From positions 1-64,000 of the forward strand of contig NW_021836142.1 of NCBI RefSeq assembly GCF_006345805.1: a stretch of 64,000 nt of DNA, written 5' to 3'. How positions within the stretch are numbered: the stretch's first letter is position 1; the number at the start of each line of letters is the position of its first letter. The notes under the pieces are model-generated. The model saw nothing but the letters and a program-made list of their open reading frames with translations, ran no database searches and had not been told where the DNA came from. Shown here in pieces: positions 39,390 through 51,888 of this stretch. The position numbers and the translations under genes were made by a program. This stretch comes from Octopus sinensis. Lineage: Eukaryota.

Positions 39390-40375
39390 GAATATCAAGC
39401 AGGCCTTTGGTAAGGGTTTTGTTGACATCAGAACTGTTCAGAGATGATAGCCTTGAAAATAAACCAAGGGCTAGGCCAAAATCAGTAATTCGGCATGATG
39501 GATTAAATGCTTTGGTTGAACGAAATCCAAGAACAAAGGTTCAAAAACTTTCATCAGAACTCCAAACATCTCGCATAACTGTTTTTGGACACCTGTAAAA
39601 ACTTGGGAAAGTCAAGAAAACAGATAGGTTTGTTCCACATCAGCTGAACTAGATTTTTAAAAAAACAGACGCCTCGAAGTGTACTCCTTATTGCTTTGTC
39701 GGCTGGAAAAAGACCACTTTTGCATCAAATCATTACCTGTGATCAGAAATAGATACTCTTTGACAATAGCAGGAGAACAGGACAGTAATTAGATACAGAA
39801 ACACCCAAACCCACCATTGCACCCTAAGAAGTTAATGGTCACTGTATGGTGGTCTGTGAAGAGTGAGTTATTCATTATTCATTTTTGCAATAAGGAAAAA
39901 TGGTAACAGCAAAATCGTATTGACAGAAAATTTATTGCATGCATGAGACTTTGTAAATGAAGCAACCCAGACTAGTGAATAGAGATGGCCCAATTTTGCT
40001 CCACAATAATGCATGTCCTCACACTCCTCAAGGTATGGTACAAAAGTTACAAAGCCTGAATTATGGGATTTTGCAACATCCTCCTTATTTCCCTGATATC
40101 TCTCCTACTCATCATTACTTATTTAAGCATTTTGAGCTTTTCATAAGCAATAAAACATTCTTAAATAGAGAAGAGGTAACTGAAGCATTCAGACAGTTTA
40201 TCACAGCAAAATATGAATTTTTTTTTAAAGATGGAATATATGACATAGAGAAAGATTGGGTAAACGTCATAAATGAACATGGATCATATTTTGATTAAAT
40301 AAATCAATTCCCTAACACTTCTGAAACATTTTATTGTTACCTTTCAAATATGACATTTCATGAGAAACAACCTAA
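39390..40375 (+). pseudogene. Mariner (D,D34D-type) transposase pseudogene with right TIR
   Basis: FVPHQL, IITCDQK*ILFDN, LHPKKLMVTVWW, ILLHNNACPHT and LQHPPYFPDISPTHHYLF, with stops and frameshifts. End ...gaaacaacctaa-TA; 5' end lost. Confidence 0.9.
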
Positions 40376-41265
40376 TATATTCTATCAAGTTGCACACTCC
40401 ACCTATACTCAGGACTCACTACATTTGCCTCTACCCATCATCTCAAACCATCTGGTACTCTCCTCCCACTCTCTTTTCCCCTTCATGATCCACTGTCTAT
40501 ATACTCCAGCACATCATCACCACCATCTCATTTTCTTCTGAGCTATTCCTCCCCATCCTTATATAACACAGAGTAGCCATGTGTCTCCTCTATAGCAAGG
40601 GACCCAGCATATGACACCCTTTCATATTTTAACCTCCCGAAACCACCTCCTCATCTCAAATACTCCTCCCACCCACTTCCACCACTACTTAATCAAGGGC
40701 ACTGTTTTCCTTTTCTTTTCCTGTCTGGCAAGTTACTAGGCAACCTCACGAGTGCTGGCGACATGAAAAAAGGGCCCAATACACATTGTAAATTGGTTGG
40801 CTTTAGGAAGGGCACCCAACTGTAGAATTCATGACAAAGCTGATGTTGGAGCTGACGCAGCCCTGCAGCTTCTCAGATCTTGTCAAACCATCCAACCAAT
40901 ACCAGTACAGAAAACAGACATTAAATGTTGATGATGATAATGATGATGATGATGGTGATGATGCCCTTTGTGTTTCCATCATGTAAAATCATATAGGAAA
41001 GTGGAAATAATTTCTTTCGTAAAAAAAGGTATAATACAGTGTTAAGGCAGGTATGAAATTGTAAAATAATACTTTTTTTTTTTTTACTAATGTGTATTCT
41101 CTTAACTTTATTTCATCATTTTATTTTATATTGCAAATTGCGAACATCAGCATCGTTGGTTATAAGTTTCCAATTGCTGGTTCACTGAATCTAGTTTCTG
41201 ATTGCAAGAACGATAACGGGAAGCCAGTAACGGTGTATCTCTGCGGATTTAATTCTTAAAGCAAT

Positions 41266-41276
41266 ATGCTTTTCAG
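41266..41276 (+). CDS. Candidate alternative start exon end (MLF-R, phase 2)
   Basis: ATG CTT TTC AG|gtttgt after a locally CpG-retaining unique stretch (41140-41265). Phase fits exon 54810, but ttttcag could instead be an acceptor. Confidence 0.25.
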
Positions 41277-41344
41277 GTTTGTTCCCTGGTATTTTAAAAT
41301 CTTTTGCCAATATATGTCTGCAAAAAGATACATACAGGCTCAAG

Positions 41345-42037
41345 CACGCACACACACACATGCATATATACACTCACTCATACGCATGCACACACACACA
41401 CTCATACACATGCACACACACACACACACACACTCATACACACTCTCTCATGCACACATACAAACTCATGCGCATACATAGACATAGTAGTGGTTACATA
41501 GTCAATGAGTATCCAACATGTGGTTGCTGCTCACTAAACACAAACACGCACATACACACATACACACGTACGTACACACATACATGCATACACACATGCA
41601 TACATACACACATACATACACACACACATACATACATACAAACATACATACGCACATACATACACATATACATACACATGCATGCACACACATACATACA
41701 TACATGCATGCATTCATGCATACACACATACATGCATACATACATGCATACACACATACATACACACATGAATGCACACACACACATACATACATGCATA
41801 CATACATGCATGCATTCATGCATACATATATGCATACATGCATACATGCATGCATACATACATACACACATGCATACACACATACACACATACATACACA
41901 CATGCATGCACACACATGCATGCATGCATTCATACATACATATATGTATACATGCATACACACATGCATGCATGCATGCATACACATACACATGCTTACA
42001 AACACACATACACACACACATGCATACACACATACAT
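41345..42037. repeat. Compound (CA)/(CATA)/(CATG) microsatellite
   Basis: Seen directly in the sequence; source of the H/T/Y/M-rich ORFs. Confidence 0.95.
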
Positions 42038-42288
42038 ATTTGCACTAAGTGCAAGAATGGGTTTGTGGTTAGAAAGTTCACTTAGCAAATATGTGGTTGC
42101 TTCACTTTATGGCACTTTAGCAAAAGCCTTCTCTAGCCTTGTGAGTGAAATTGGTAGACTGAAGCTGTGCAAATTCCCACCATGGATGTGTGCACATATG
42201 TGTGCATACATGCATGTGTATAAGTTTATATATGTCAGTCTCTATATCACTATATCTATATTATTGATACTGCTATAAAAAAAAAATG

Positions 42289-43226
42289 GGATCTTTTCCC
42301 TTTGAACGGCAGATCGAGAAATTAATTTTTTGTAAATTAAACACTTTCAAACTTCGGACGTTGGTAGAATGTGTCATATAACACATCTTTTACTCTTAGT
42401 GTTTTTGAGAAAAGTTTATATTTACGAAGTTATTTCATGTTAAAGTAGTCGTATTTCGGTAACTTCAACCAATCAATGACGTGTATTCAGCTGAATAAAA
42501 TTACTACCGTTGTTTGTCAACAACAACTATCGGCGGTGTATTTTTCATTTGTCACTGTTATTTATGATATCGTTTGTGCATTTGTACTGGCTTTAGCTTT
42601 AAGATTTTAGGGTTAGGGTTTTAGGATTGGTTTTAGGGTTAGAGTTATGGAAAAAAAGAAAAATGAAGAAATTGGAGGTGTAGGGGGCAAAAAAGTCTTT
42701 CCGAAAATAGTAGCTGAAAAAAAGACTAAAAGCAGTAGAAATGCATGAACGATTATGGTGGTGCCATGAAGTAAACATGCTTCAGATACACTCGTTTATT
42801 CATACAAACGTAACTGAGATGAAATATGTCATAAACAACAGTGACAAACGAAATATACACCGCCGGAAGTTGTTTTTGATAAACAATGGCAGTAATTTTA
42901 TTGAACTGAATACATGTCATTGATTGGCTGAAAATGCTGGTGTGTTTACATCCCCGTAATTTAGCGGTTCGGCGAAACAGACCGATAGAATAAGTACTAG
43001 GCTTACAAAAAATAAGTCCTGGGATCGATTTGCTCAACTAAAGGGAGTGCTCCAGCATGGCCACAGCCAAATTTAACACAAAATAACTTCGTAAATATAA
43101 ACTTTTCTCAAAAACGCTAAGAGTAAAAGATGTTTTATATGACACATTCTACCAGTATACGAAGTTTGAAAGTGTTTAGTTACAAAAAATTATTTTCCAA
43201 ATCTGCCGGTCAAAAGGAAAAGATCC
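42289..43226. mobile_element. Foldback-like Merlin-type element with long inverted arms
   Basis: Termini ggatcttttccctttgaacggcagat / atctgccggtcaaaaggaaaagatcc; perfect 8-bp TSD aaaaaatg; arms of about 300 bp; central TTAGGG-like tract; SINE A patch at 42934-43071. Confidence 0.9.
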
Positions 43227-43428
43227 AAAAAATGTTGTCTGCACTTGTCACATTACATAGCAGTTTGACAAATAGGGTCCCTGAAATAAATACCAGCGTT
43301 ACAAAAGACAAATAATTATAAGGGTCAATAAGACTGATTAAACCCATGAAACCAGTGTCACTTCATTGTTGCTGCCCAATAACTGAAACAAATAAAACAA
43401 TACTTAAAATAACTAATAGTACATACAG

Positions 43429-43746
43429 ACCGTCATCGTTGCGAAGTGCTGCTGCCCCGAATCGCACGGCCAACGACGACACGCGGAGGGAGCCCGACAA
43501 GCAGAAGCACAGAGGAAGAGGAACAACAATGACAGCGAGGCCGCACACCCGCGGACGCTGACGCCGACGATGACTAAGAGCACGCCCGCTGATCGCTCCG
43601 GCGCCGCGCAACTCGTCTCGCATATACTCATCCAGTCCGCGTCTCCTCCATCCGAGCAACCGCCGCCCTCCATCGTTGCCGTCGCTGCTGCCGCCGTCTC
43701 GTCGTTCGGTGTTTGCTCTGTGGGATGTTGATGATGAATAAAGTCT
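43429..43746. other. GC-rich insertion of unknown origin
   Basis: About 63% GC by hand count (194/310 over 43431-43740), CpG-dense, flanked by the direct repeat catacag (43422-43428 and 43747-43753). Confidence 0.8.
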
Positions 43747-43919
43747 CATACAGTTTCCACCTAGTAAACTCTACTCACAAGGTATTGGTTAACCCAAACC
43801 TATGATGGAAGATCAAAGATGCAAGAAAATCTTGTTCAAGTATGGAAGCATAAAAGTGCTAGTATTTGTACATTGTTTCTTTCCTGACCTTTATATTGCT
43901 TCATTTCTTCTATATCTAG

Positions 43920-44269
43920 GTATAGGAGTGGCTGTGTGGTAAGTAGTTTGCTTACCAACCACATGGTTCCAGGTTCAGTCCCACTGCATGGCACCTTGGG
44001 CAAGTGTCTTCTACTATAGCCTCAGGCCGACCAAAGCCTTGTGAGCGGATTTGGTAGATGGAAACTAAAAGAAGCCCGTCGTATGTGTGTGTCCCCCAAC
44101 ATTGCTTGACAACCGATGCTGGTGTGTTTACGTCCCTGTAACTTACCGGTTCGGCAAAAGAGACCAATAGAATAAGTACTTACAAAGAATAAGTCCTGGG
44201 GTCGATTTGCTCAACTAAAGGCGGTGCTCCAGCATGGCCACATTCAAATGACTGAAACAAGTAAAGAGA
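43920..44269 (+). mobile_element. SINE family A
   Basis: Consensus match with a short internal microsatellite. Confidence 0.9.
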
Positions 44270-44533
44270 GCATCTCTCAGTTAAAGTTTCATAGCTCTGT
44301 ACATTTCACTTGGTGGAATCTCTGTCTTTTGTCATGTAAGCTGTTAAAAGTAAGTATTTTAGCTCTAGTTTTATCACATTGTTTTGTTAGTTTGAATAGA
44401 AGTAAGTCAATGTCTGAAGTTAGAGATTAGGAACACTGTGGTGTTGTTTTTGTTTTTGCTGAGTCTGAAGGAAGGAGCAGCAACAATGAGAATTACAGGT
44501 CTTCTGAAAGTGTTAAAAACATGAAGCTATTAA

Positions 44534-44755
44534 CCCTTTCATTACCATATTTCTGTTGAGATGCTCTGTGTTTCTTTCAATTAATTTTAGATATAACAAA
44601 GAAATTAGTAAAATAACTTAGTTATCATTCAACTAGTGTTAGGAGCACAAATTGTGACTAAGGTTTGGTGGAAGATTTCAATTTAGAACTTTTGAAAACA
44701 AGACATTTATGCTACAGAGCCAGAGGCAGTTTCAGGCGGGTTGGTATCAAAAGGG
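44534..44755 (+). mobile_element. piggyBac-type MITE
   Basis: ttaa-ccctttc...aaaaggg-ttca; reverse copy at 60627-60846. Confidence 0.8.
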
Positions 44756-45737
44756 TTCATGTTCCCTCAAAATGGAAAGAAGCCAACTCCTTGAGAAAAG
44801 ACATGAACAGGAAGGTGCACAGGTTAAACACACCAAAGGCATTGAGAGATTGAGGAACAAGTCAGCCATGGGTACTTGACTGATTGACGTACAAGACCAA
44901 AGATCTACCTTGTAGTATAAAACCAGATATTATGTTTCTTCTGGAGTAACTTTAAAGAGTTAGTTGTAATTGTTAATCTTTCTGATAATCATTAATTCAC
45001 ATTAGAGATCTGAACTCTAGACATTAAGTACCATTTACATCAATAATAAAATATTTCCGCTACTAAATATTAATAAGCTGTCCTGTTCTATTTGGCTTTG
45101 CTTTTCCCCCTCATTTTGTCTAGCTAATGATTTCAGTTGCTGGTTAATCTATTTTTTTTGTTTTTTTCCAATCGGCAATACTATGGAAGAACATTTGGTT
45201 TCTGGAACTTTCCTTATTTGATGCTTTCTGATACTGACAATGTTTTCAGCTCTAGAAATATCATTAGGAGAATGTTCTGTTCTTTCAATGGCAGAATAGC
45301 ATAAAAGAAATATAAAAGAACAAAAGAACTTGTATTAATCTGTGTCAAGGTGATAATATTTTTTTTTCTTTCACATGCATTGAAGTAATGTTAAGATAAA
45401 GAAAACATATTTAAAATGAAGAAAAATCTCTTTAGTGCATTACAAGAAAAAAGAAAAGAGAAAATGAAAAAAAACCCAGAAAAATATTATTTTTGCTTAT
45501 CTGTTGAAGTGCTGAAATGTAGAAGGCAGACATCTAAATAAGGCAAAGAAAACATCTCAAATAAAAGAATAGAATAAAAAGGAAAAAAATTTAAATAAAA
45601 ATTCAATGAACTTTATAAAGATAAAAAAATTATTATAATATATGTGTATGTATGTGTGCAAGAGTGTAGATACATGTGTGTTACATATATGTGTATGTGT
45701 GTGCTTAGGTTTGAATGTATGTATATGTGTGTGTGTA

Positions 45738-45770
<33 letters not shown>

Positions 45771-46010
45771 GTGTATGTGTGTGGGTGAAACCACTTGCAG
45801 AAAGCAGTACAAAACAGACCTGAAGGAATTGAAGCAATGTAAAAGAAACAAAAACAAAATGGAAACCAGACAATTTATGAAACATTTTTATATACTTTCT
45901 ATCCGCATTCATTTTTCGTTGAATATTTTTCTTAGTTTTTTATGATATTTATCTTTTTTTCTACACCCCCACCTCATACCGTTTTCCTGTTTACACACTT
46001 GTTTTCAAAG

Positions 46011-46033
46011 GGAAGCAAAGTACCAAGTATCAA
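46011..46033 (+). CDS. Candidate 23-nt microexon (GSKVPSI-K)
   Basis: Pyrimidine-rich acceptor ...cacttgttttcaaag and donor gtgagc at 46034. In the GSKVPSI frame it ends in phase 2, compatible with exon 54810. Confidence 0.35.
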
Positions 46034-46265
46034 GTGAGCTTGTGTTGCTTCTCCACAATTCTTTATCTGTCATCTTTTACCATTTTTTTCTTTCTTTCAT
46101 GTCTTTCAATGAATTGGCATTAAGTGAAGCAAATCAAAACAGTGTTTTTGCTAAATAAGAATGTCTTTTACTCATTGTCACCTTGTCCGTTTTACTTTTA
46201 CATAGTTCAAAATTTTTCATTATTCATATTTTGTTTTTATATATATATGTATATATATATATGTG

Positions 46266-46296
<31 letters not shown>

Positions 46297-46397
46297 GTGT
46301 TTGTGTGTGTGTGTGTGTATATGTATATATATATGTATGTGTATATATATATGTGTGTGTATATGTATATATATGTATATATATGTATTTATATATC

Positions 46398-46795
46398 ATA
46401 GATAAATAGATAGATAGGTAGCTAGATTAGATAGATAGATAGCAAGATAGATTAGACAGATAGCAAAATAGATAGGTAGGTAGGTAGATATATAGGCAGC
46501 TAGATAGATAGCAAGATAGGTAGGTAGGTAGATAGCAAGATAGATAGGCAGATAGATAGATAGCAAAATAGATAGGTAGGTAGATAGATAGATAGATAGT
46601 AAGATAGATAGGTAGGTAGGTAGATTAGATAGATAGCAAAATAGATAGGTAGGTAGATAGATAGATAGATAGTAAGATAGATAGGTAGGTAGGTAGATTA
46701 GATAGATAGCAAAATAGATAGGTAGGTAGATAGATAGATAGATAGTAAGATAGATAGGTAGGTAGGTAGATTAGATAGATAGCAAAATGGATAGA
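46398..46795. repeat. (GATA)/(GGTA) microsatellite with 73-bp higher-order repeat
   Basis: agcaaaat recurs at 46562, 46635, 46708 and 46781. Confidence 0.95.
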
Positions 46796-47652
46796 ATACA
46801 CACACATGTGCATACACACATACATATATACACACACATACAATACAAATGTTGTTTTGTGTGTGTGTACTTGCATAATTTTAAATAAATACTGGCCCTA
46901 CACTTCTTACAGTTCCCATCAAATAACAATATTGCTTCACACTTAAGAAAAAAACTGATGCTTGAGCATTCAATTGAATGGATTAAAATAACCATACAAG
47001 GTGAAAAAAACAATACTGCTCTAGATTTCATATTCTGAGGTTTGCAATTTACCAATGCAGCAATTGCTTTTAAACTGACATGCAAAGAGTACAAAAGGGG
47101 GGGAAAAAATGCCATTTTTATGTAATATTTTTTAAAATTTTTTATTTTATTTTATTCATTTATTTATTGCTTGCTTTCATTTTGTGGCGGTTTGTTAAAC
47201 TGGTTTTGTTATTGAATAAGTTACAAAAAATGTACACCATTTATGTGTAGACATTTGTAATTGGCCTTCAGTTTTTGTTATTTTTATATGCAATCTACTG
47301 GCTGAAGAGTACAGAATAAAACAGAGTAAATAAATTCAATATACATGTGTATAAATGTTGTGGATATTTTAATGGTTACCTAGTGTTTACTATTACATAC
47401 ATGCATACATTGATTTCTAATATTCAGAAGAAGAAAAAAAGAGAGACTGCAGATATGAAGAGAAAGGTTATAGTCATTGGAATCAATCATATTATGTTAT
47501 TATTGCTTATTTATTGATCACTTGAAGGACGAAGGATAAAAACCAGTTCTGGAAGCATTGAAAGTCATATTTAAAAAAGGACATAAGGGACCACCTCAAA
47601 GAATTTGTGTGTCACTCCTGTATTATATGTTTATGCAGGTGTCTGTGTGTTT

Positions 47653-48039
47653 ATCTCTCTCTATATAAACGGCAGTTTGTCTGTGCGTGTTTCTGTGTGT
47701 CTGTTTGCTTGTACCCTCACCCTGACCACGGCTTTCAACCGATTCTGATGAAACTTGACACACACATAGCCCAATGTCATAATTCAAAACTAACGCAGCG
47801 AAAATTTTGAAAAGTTCCCCCAGTTCTGAAAAAAATCGATAAATTCGACATGGGGTCGAGAATCAGGAATACGAACCACAAACTGTCTAGGGGACGCAAC
47901 TCTACCTTTTTTAAATCTCAAAAAAAAATTTACCATCATTTTTTTCCATTTTTTTGCTATTTTTTGGCTATAACTCTCTAAAAATGCTTTATAGTTATTT
48001 CCCTTACAAACCTGAGCAACGCCGGGTGATACTGCTAGT
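47653..48039 (-). mobile_element. Helentron-like non-autonomous element
   Basis: Same termini as 7329 and 11843. Confidence 0.7.
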
Positions 48040-48051
48040 ATACATATAAAT

Positions 48052-48566
48052 TCATGGCTGTTTCCTGCACCAGCTTCACATAGAAGACCCAACCCATCCA
48101 AAATGCCTTGGATTGCAGGACGGCCTGCTGTGCTTACCTTGGATCGTAGGGCGATCTGCAGTGCTTGAGGAGACCTATTGAATCAAGTACATCAACATCA
48201 AAACATCAAATGGAAATTGTAGTTGCGCTACCTGTGCTGGTGGCACATAAAAAGCACCATCCAAACGTGGCCGATGCCAGTGCTGCCTTGACTGGCTTCT
48301 ATGCTGGTGGCATGTAAAAAGCAACAACCAATCGTAGCCATTGCCAGCCCCCCCCCCCCCGCACCTGTGCCAGTGGCACGTAAAAAGCACCCACTACACT
48401 CACGGAGTGGTTGGTGTTAGGATGGGTATCCAGCTGTAGAAACACTGCCAGATCAGACTGGAGCCTGGTGCAGCCTCCTGGCTTCCCAGACCCCAGTCGA
48501 ACCGTCCAACCTATGCTAGCATGGAAAACGGACGTTAAACGATGATGGGGATGATGATGATGATGA
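48052..48566 (+). mobile_element. SINE family C
   Basis: Long copy ending ggacgttaaacgatgatg. Confidence 0.9.
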
Positions 48567-48834
48567 TATCACTTGATCACATGACTGACTAGGCTATCAA
48601 GTGTTGTTACACATCACTGGTTACAATGTGCTTTACATCATTTTAACCTTTGATTGACACCACCCCACTGGCTAGGGGGGGCAGGCCAGCATTCCTCACC
48701 AGTCAAAATGGTGACTATAGCAATGTGAAATGAAATGTTTAGTTCAAGAACACAATGCACTGCCCAGTCTGGGAATCAAACTCACAATCTAGCAGTTGGG
48801 AGTACAACAGTCAAAACACTAGGCCATGTGCCTT

Positions 48835-48836
<2 letters not shown>

Positions 48837-48887
<51 letters not shown>

Positions 48888-49944
48888 ACTCACTCCCTCA
48901 CTCACTCACTCACTCACTCACTCACTCACTCACTCACTCACTCACTCACTCACTCACTCACTCACTCACTCACTCACTCCTCACTCACTCACTCACTCAC
49001 TCACTCACTCACTCACTCACTCACCACTCACTCACTCACTCACTCACTCACTCACTCACTCACTCACTCACTCACTCACTCACTCCTCACTCACTCACTC
49101 ACTCACTCACTCACTCACTCACTCTCACTCACTCACTCACTCACTCACTCACTCACTCACTCACTCACTCACTCACTCACTCCTCACTCACTCACTCACT
49201 CACTCACTCACTCACTCACTCACTCACTCACTCATCACTCACTCACTCACTCACTCACTCACTCACTCACTCACTCTCACTCACTCACTCACTCACTCAC
49301 TCACTCACTCACTCACTCACTCACTCACTCACTCACTCACTCACTCACTCACTCACTCACTCACTCACTCACTCACTCACTCACTCACTCACTCACTCAC
49401 TCACTCACTCACTCACTCACTCACTCACCACTCACTCACTCACTCACTCACTCACTCACTCACTCACTCACTCACTCACTCACTCACTCACTCACTCACT
49501 CACTCACTCACTCACTCACTCACTCACTCACTCACTCACTCACTCACACTCACTCACTCACTCACTCACTCACTCACTCACACTCACTCACTCACTCACT
49601 CACTCACTCACTCACTCACACTCACTCACTCACTCACTCACTCACTCACTCACTCACTCACTCACTCACTCACTCACTCACTCACTCATCACTCACTCAC
49701 TCACTCACTCACTCACTCACTCACTCACTCACTCACTCACTCACTCACTCACTCACTCACTCACTCACTCACTCACTCACTCACTCACTCACTCACTCAC
49801 TCACTCACTCACTCACTCACTCACTCACTCACTCACTCACTCACTCACTCACTCACTCACTCACTCACTCACTCACTCACTCACTCACTCACTCACTCAC
49901 TCACTCACTCACTCACTCACTCACTCACTCACTCACTCACTCAC
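48837..49944. repeat. (CT)n followed by a (CTCA)n array of about 1.06 kb
   Basis: Seen directly in the sequence; produces the (THSL)n ORFs in all three plus frames. Confidence 0.98.
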
Positions 49945-50271
49945 GTTCTTTCATATAAGGCTCAATTTTGGAATCAATCATGTTAAGTCATTATTGTTCA
50001 TTTATTGATCACTTGAAGGACGAAGGATAAAAACCAGTTCTGCAAGCATTGAAAGTCATATTTAAAACAAGAAATTTGTTTGTCCCTCCAGAATTATATG
50101 TTTATGTCTGTGTACATATCACTTGATCACATGACTGACTAGGCTATCAAATGTTGTTACACATCACTGGTTACAATGTGCTTTGCATCATTTTAGCCTT
50201 TGATTGACACTATCCCACTGGCTAGGTGGGGCAGGCGAGCATTCCTCACCAGTCCAAATGATGACTATAGC

Positions 50272-50690
50272 AATCATCATCATTGTTTAACATCTGTTTT
50301 CCATGCTAGCATGGGTTAGACGGTTCAACCAGGTCTGGAAAGCCAGGAGGCTGCACCAGGCTACAGTCTGATCTGGAAGTGTTTCAACAGCTGGATGCCC
50401 TTCCTAACACCAACCACTCTGTGAGTGTAGTGGGTGCTTTTTACATGCCACCGGCATCGAAGCCAGTCAAGGTGGTGCTGGCATCAGCTATGCTTGGATG
50501 GTGCTTTTTATGTGCCACTGGCACAGGTATCACAACTACAATTTCCATCTGATTTTTTGATGTTGATGTACTTGACTCAATAGGTCTCCTCAAGCACAGC
50601 AGGTCGCCTTACAATCAAAGGTAAGCACAGCAGGCCATCCTGCGATCCAAGGCACTTTGGATGGGCTGGGGCTTCTATGTGAAGCTGGTG
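50272..50690 (-). mobile_element. SINE family C, inverted relative to 48052-48566
   Basis: Reverse-complement match from caccagcttcacatagaag to the (GAT)n tail. Confidence 0.9.
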
Positions 50691-50980
50691 AAATGAAATA
50701 TTTTGTTCAAGAACACAATGTACTGCCCAATCTGGGAATCAAACTCACAATCTAGCAGTTGAGAGTATAACAGTTAAAGCACTAGGCCATAGTGCTAATA
50801 TAGTTTGGACGAGAAGTTGTTTTGCATCAAGTTTGTGCAGACAGATACGATTCCAGTTGCCAAATTTTGCTTGTTTTGCAAGTATAAATTCTATTTTCAT
50901 ATGCCACAGATTTTTGTAAGTGCACAGCAATCGCTTTGCAATGCCAACAGGCAATGTAAATATCTTCCACAACTTCAATT

Positions 50981-51123
50981 AGGTGAAGATGTGGGATATC
51001 AGCATCCACTTACACGTGAGTACTTACATGCATACACATGCACACACGCATATAGAGATACATATATCTATATACACACACATATACATATATATACATA
51101 CATCTATACATATATATATATAT

Positions 51124-51196
<73 letters not shown>

Positions 51197-51499
51197 GTAT
51201 ATATATATATGTATATATATATATGTATATATATATGTATATATATATGTATATATATATATGTATATATATATGTAATACATATATATGTATATATATA
51301 TGTATATATATATGTAATACATATATATGTATATATATATATGTATATATATATGTAATACATACATATATATGTATATATATATATGTAATACATATAT
51401 ATATATGTATATATATATATATGTATGTATGTGTGAGCGTGTGTGTGTGTGTGTAAGTACTTACTTGTAAGTGAATGCTGATATCTCACATCTTCACCT
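50981..51499. repeat. 48-bp inverted repeat enclosing an (AT/GT) microsatellite
   Basis: aggtgaagatgtgggatatcagcatccacttacacgtgagtacttaca versus the reverse complement of the right arm: 44/48 identical. Confidence 0.9.
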
Positions 51500-51760
51500 C
51501 GGAAAGGTGCAGTCTTTCTGTCCTTCGTAATCCACAATGACAATTACTGCCTCTATCCTGGAACCTAGTATAACTGTTTTTTCCTCATATCTCTCTCTTG
51601 GCTACCATTTCCGGTGATCAACCTCATCTCTTTCTCTTTTCATTTTCTTCTTCCTGTTGCTGACTTACATAAACCCCTCTGTACATGCATGGTCCTTCAA
51701 ATTGCACTACTTCCTACCTGCCACATGCAACAAATTAGCCAGCTAAACATTGATTCTACA

Positions 51761-51888
51761 GTGAAGGTAAAGAATACACAAACCACCTATTTTCAGCGTT
51801 TAGGGTTAGGGTTATAGTTCAGGTTATGGTTAAGCTTAGGGTTAGGGTTACACTGAAAATGGGTGGTGTATGTATTCTTTACCTCCAC
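51761..51888. mobile_element. Small MITE-like palindrome with TTAGGG interior
   Basis: Imperfect inverted arms of about 38 bp (gtgaaggtaaagaatacac... / ...gtattctttacctccac) around ttagggttaggg tracts; no clear TSD. Confidence 0.6.

Noticed and set aside
39957-40298. SETMAR-like domesticated transposase gene
   Set aside because: Upstream stops and frameshifts and loss of catalytic aspartates (HNNA, PTHH) show an ordinary dead mariner.
41279-42278. Long H/T/Y/M/C-rich ORFs on both strands (similar YI-rich ORFs at 6172, 12448, 46124, 50805-51543)
   Set aside because: Translations of CA/CATA/AT microsatellites.
42608-42642. Interstitial telomere or chromosome fusion scar
   Set aside because: Short degenerate TTAGGG tracts lie inside TIR elements and are not head-to-head arrays.
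48735-50008. 386-417 aa (THSL)n ORFs
   Set aside because: A stop-free (CTCA)n array read in three frames, with frame-shifting indels throughout; not a gene.
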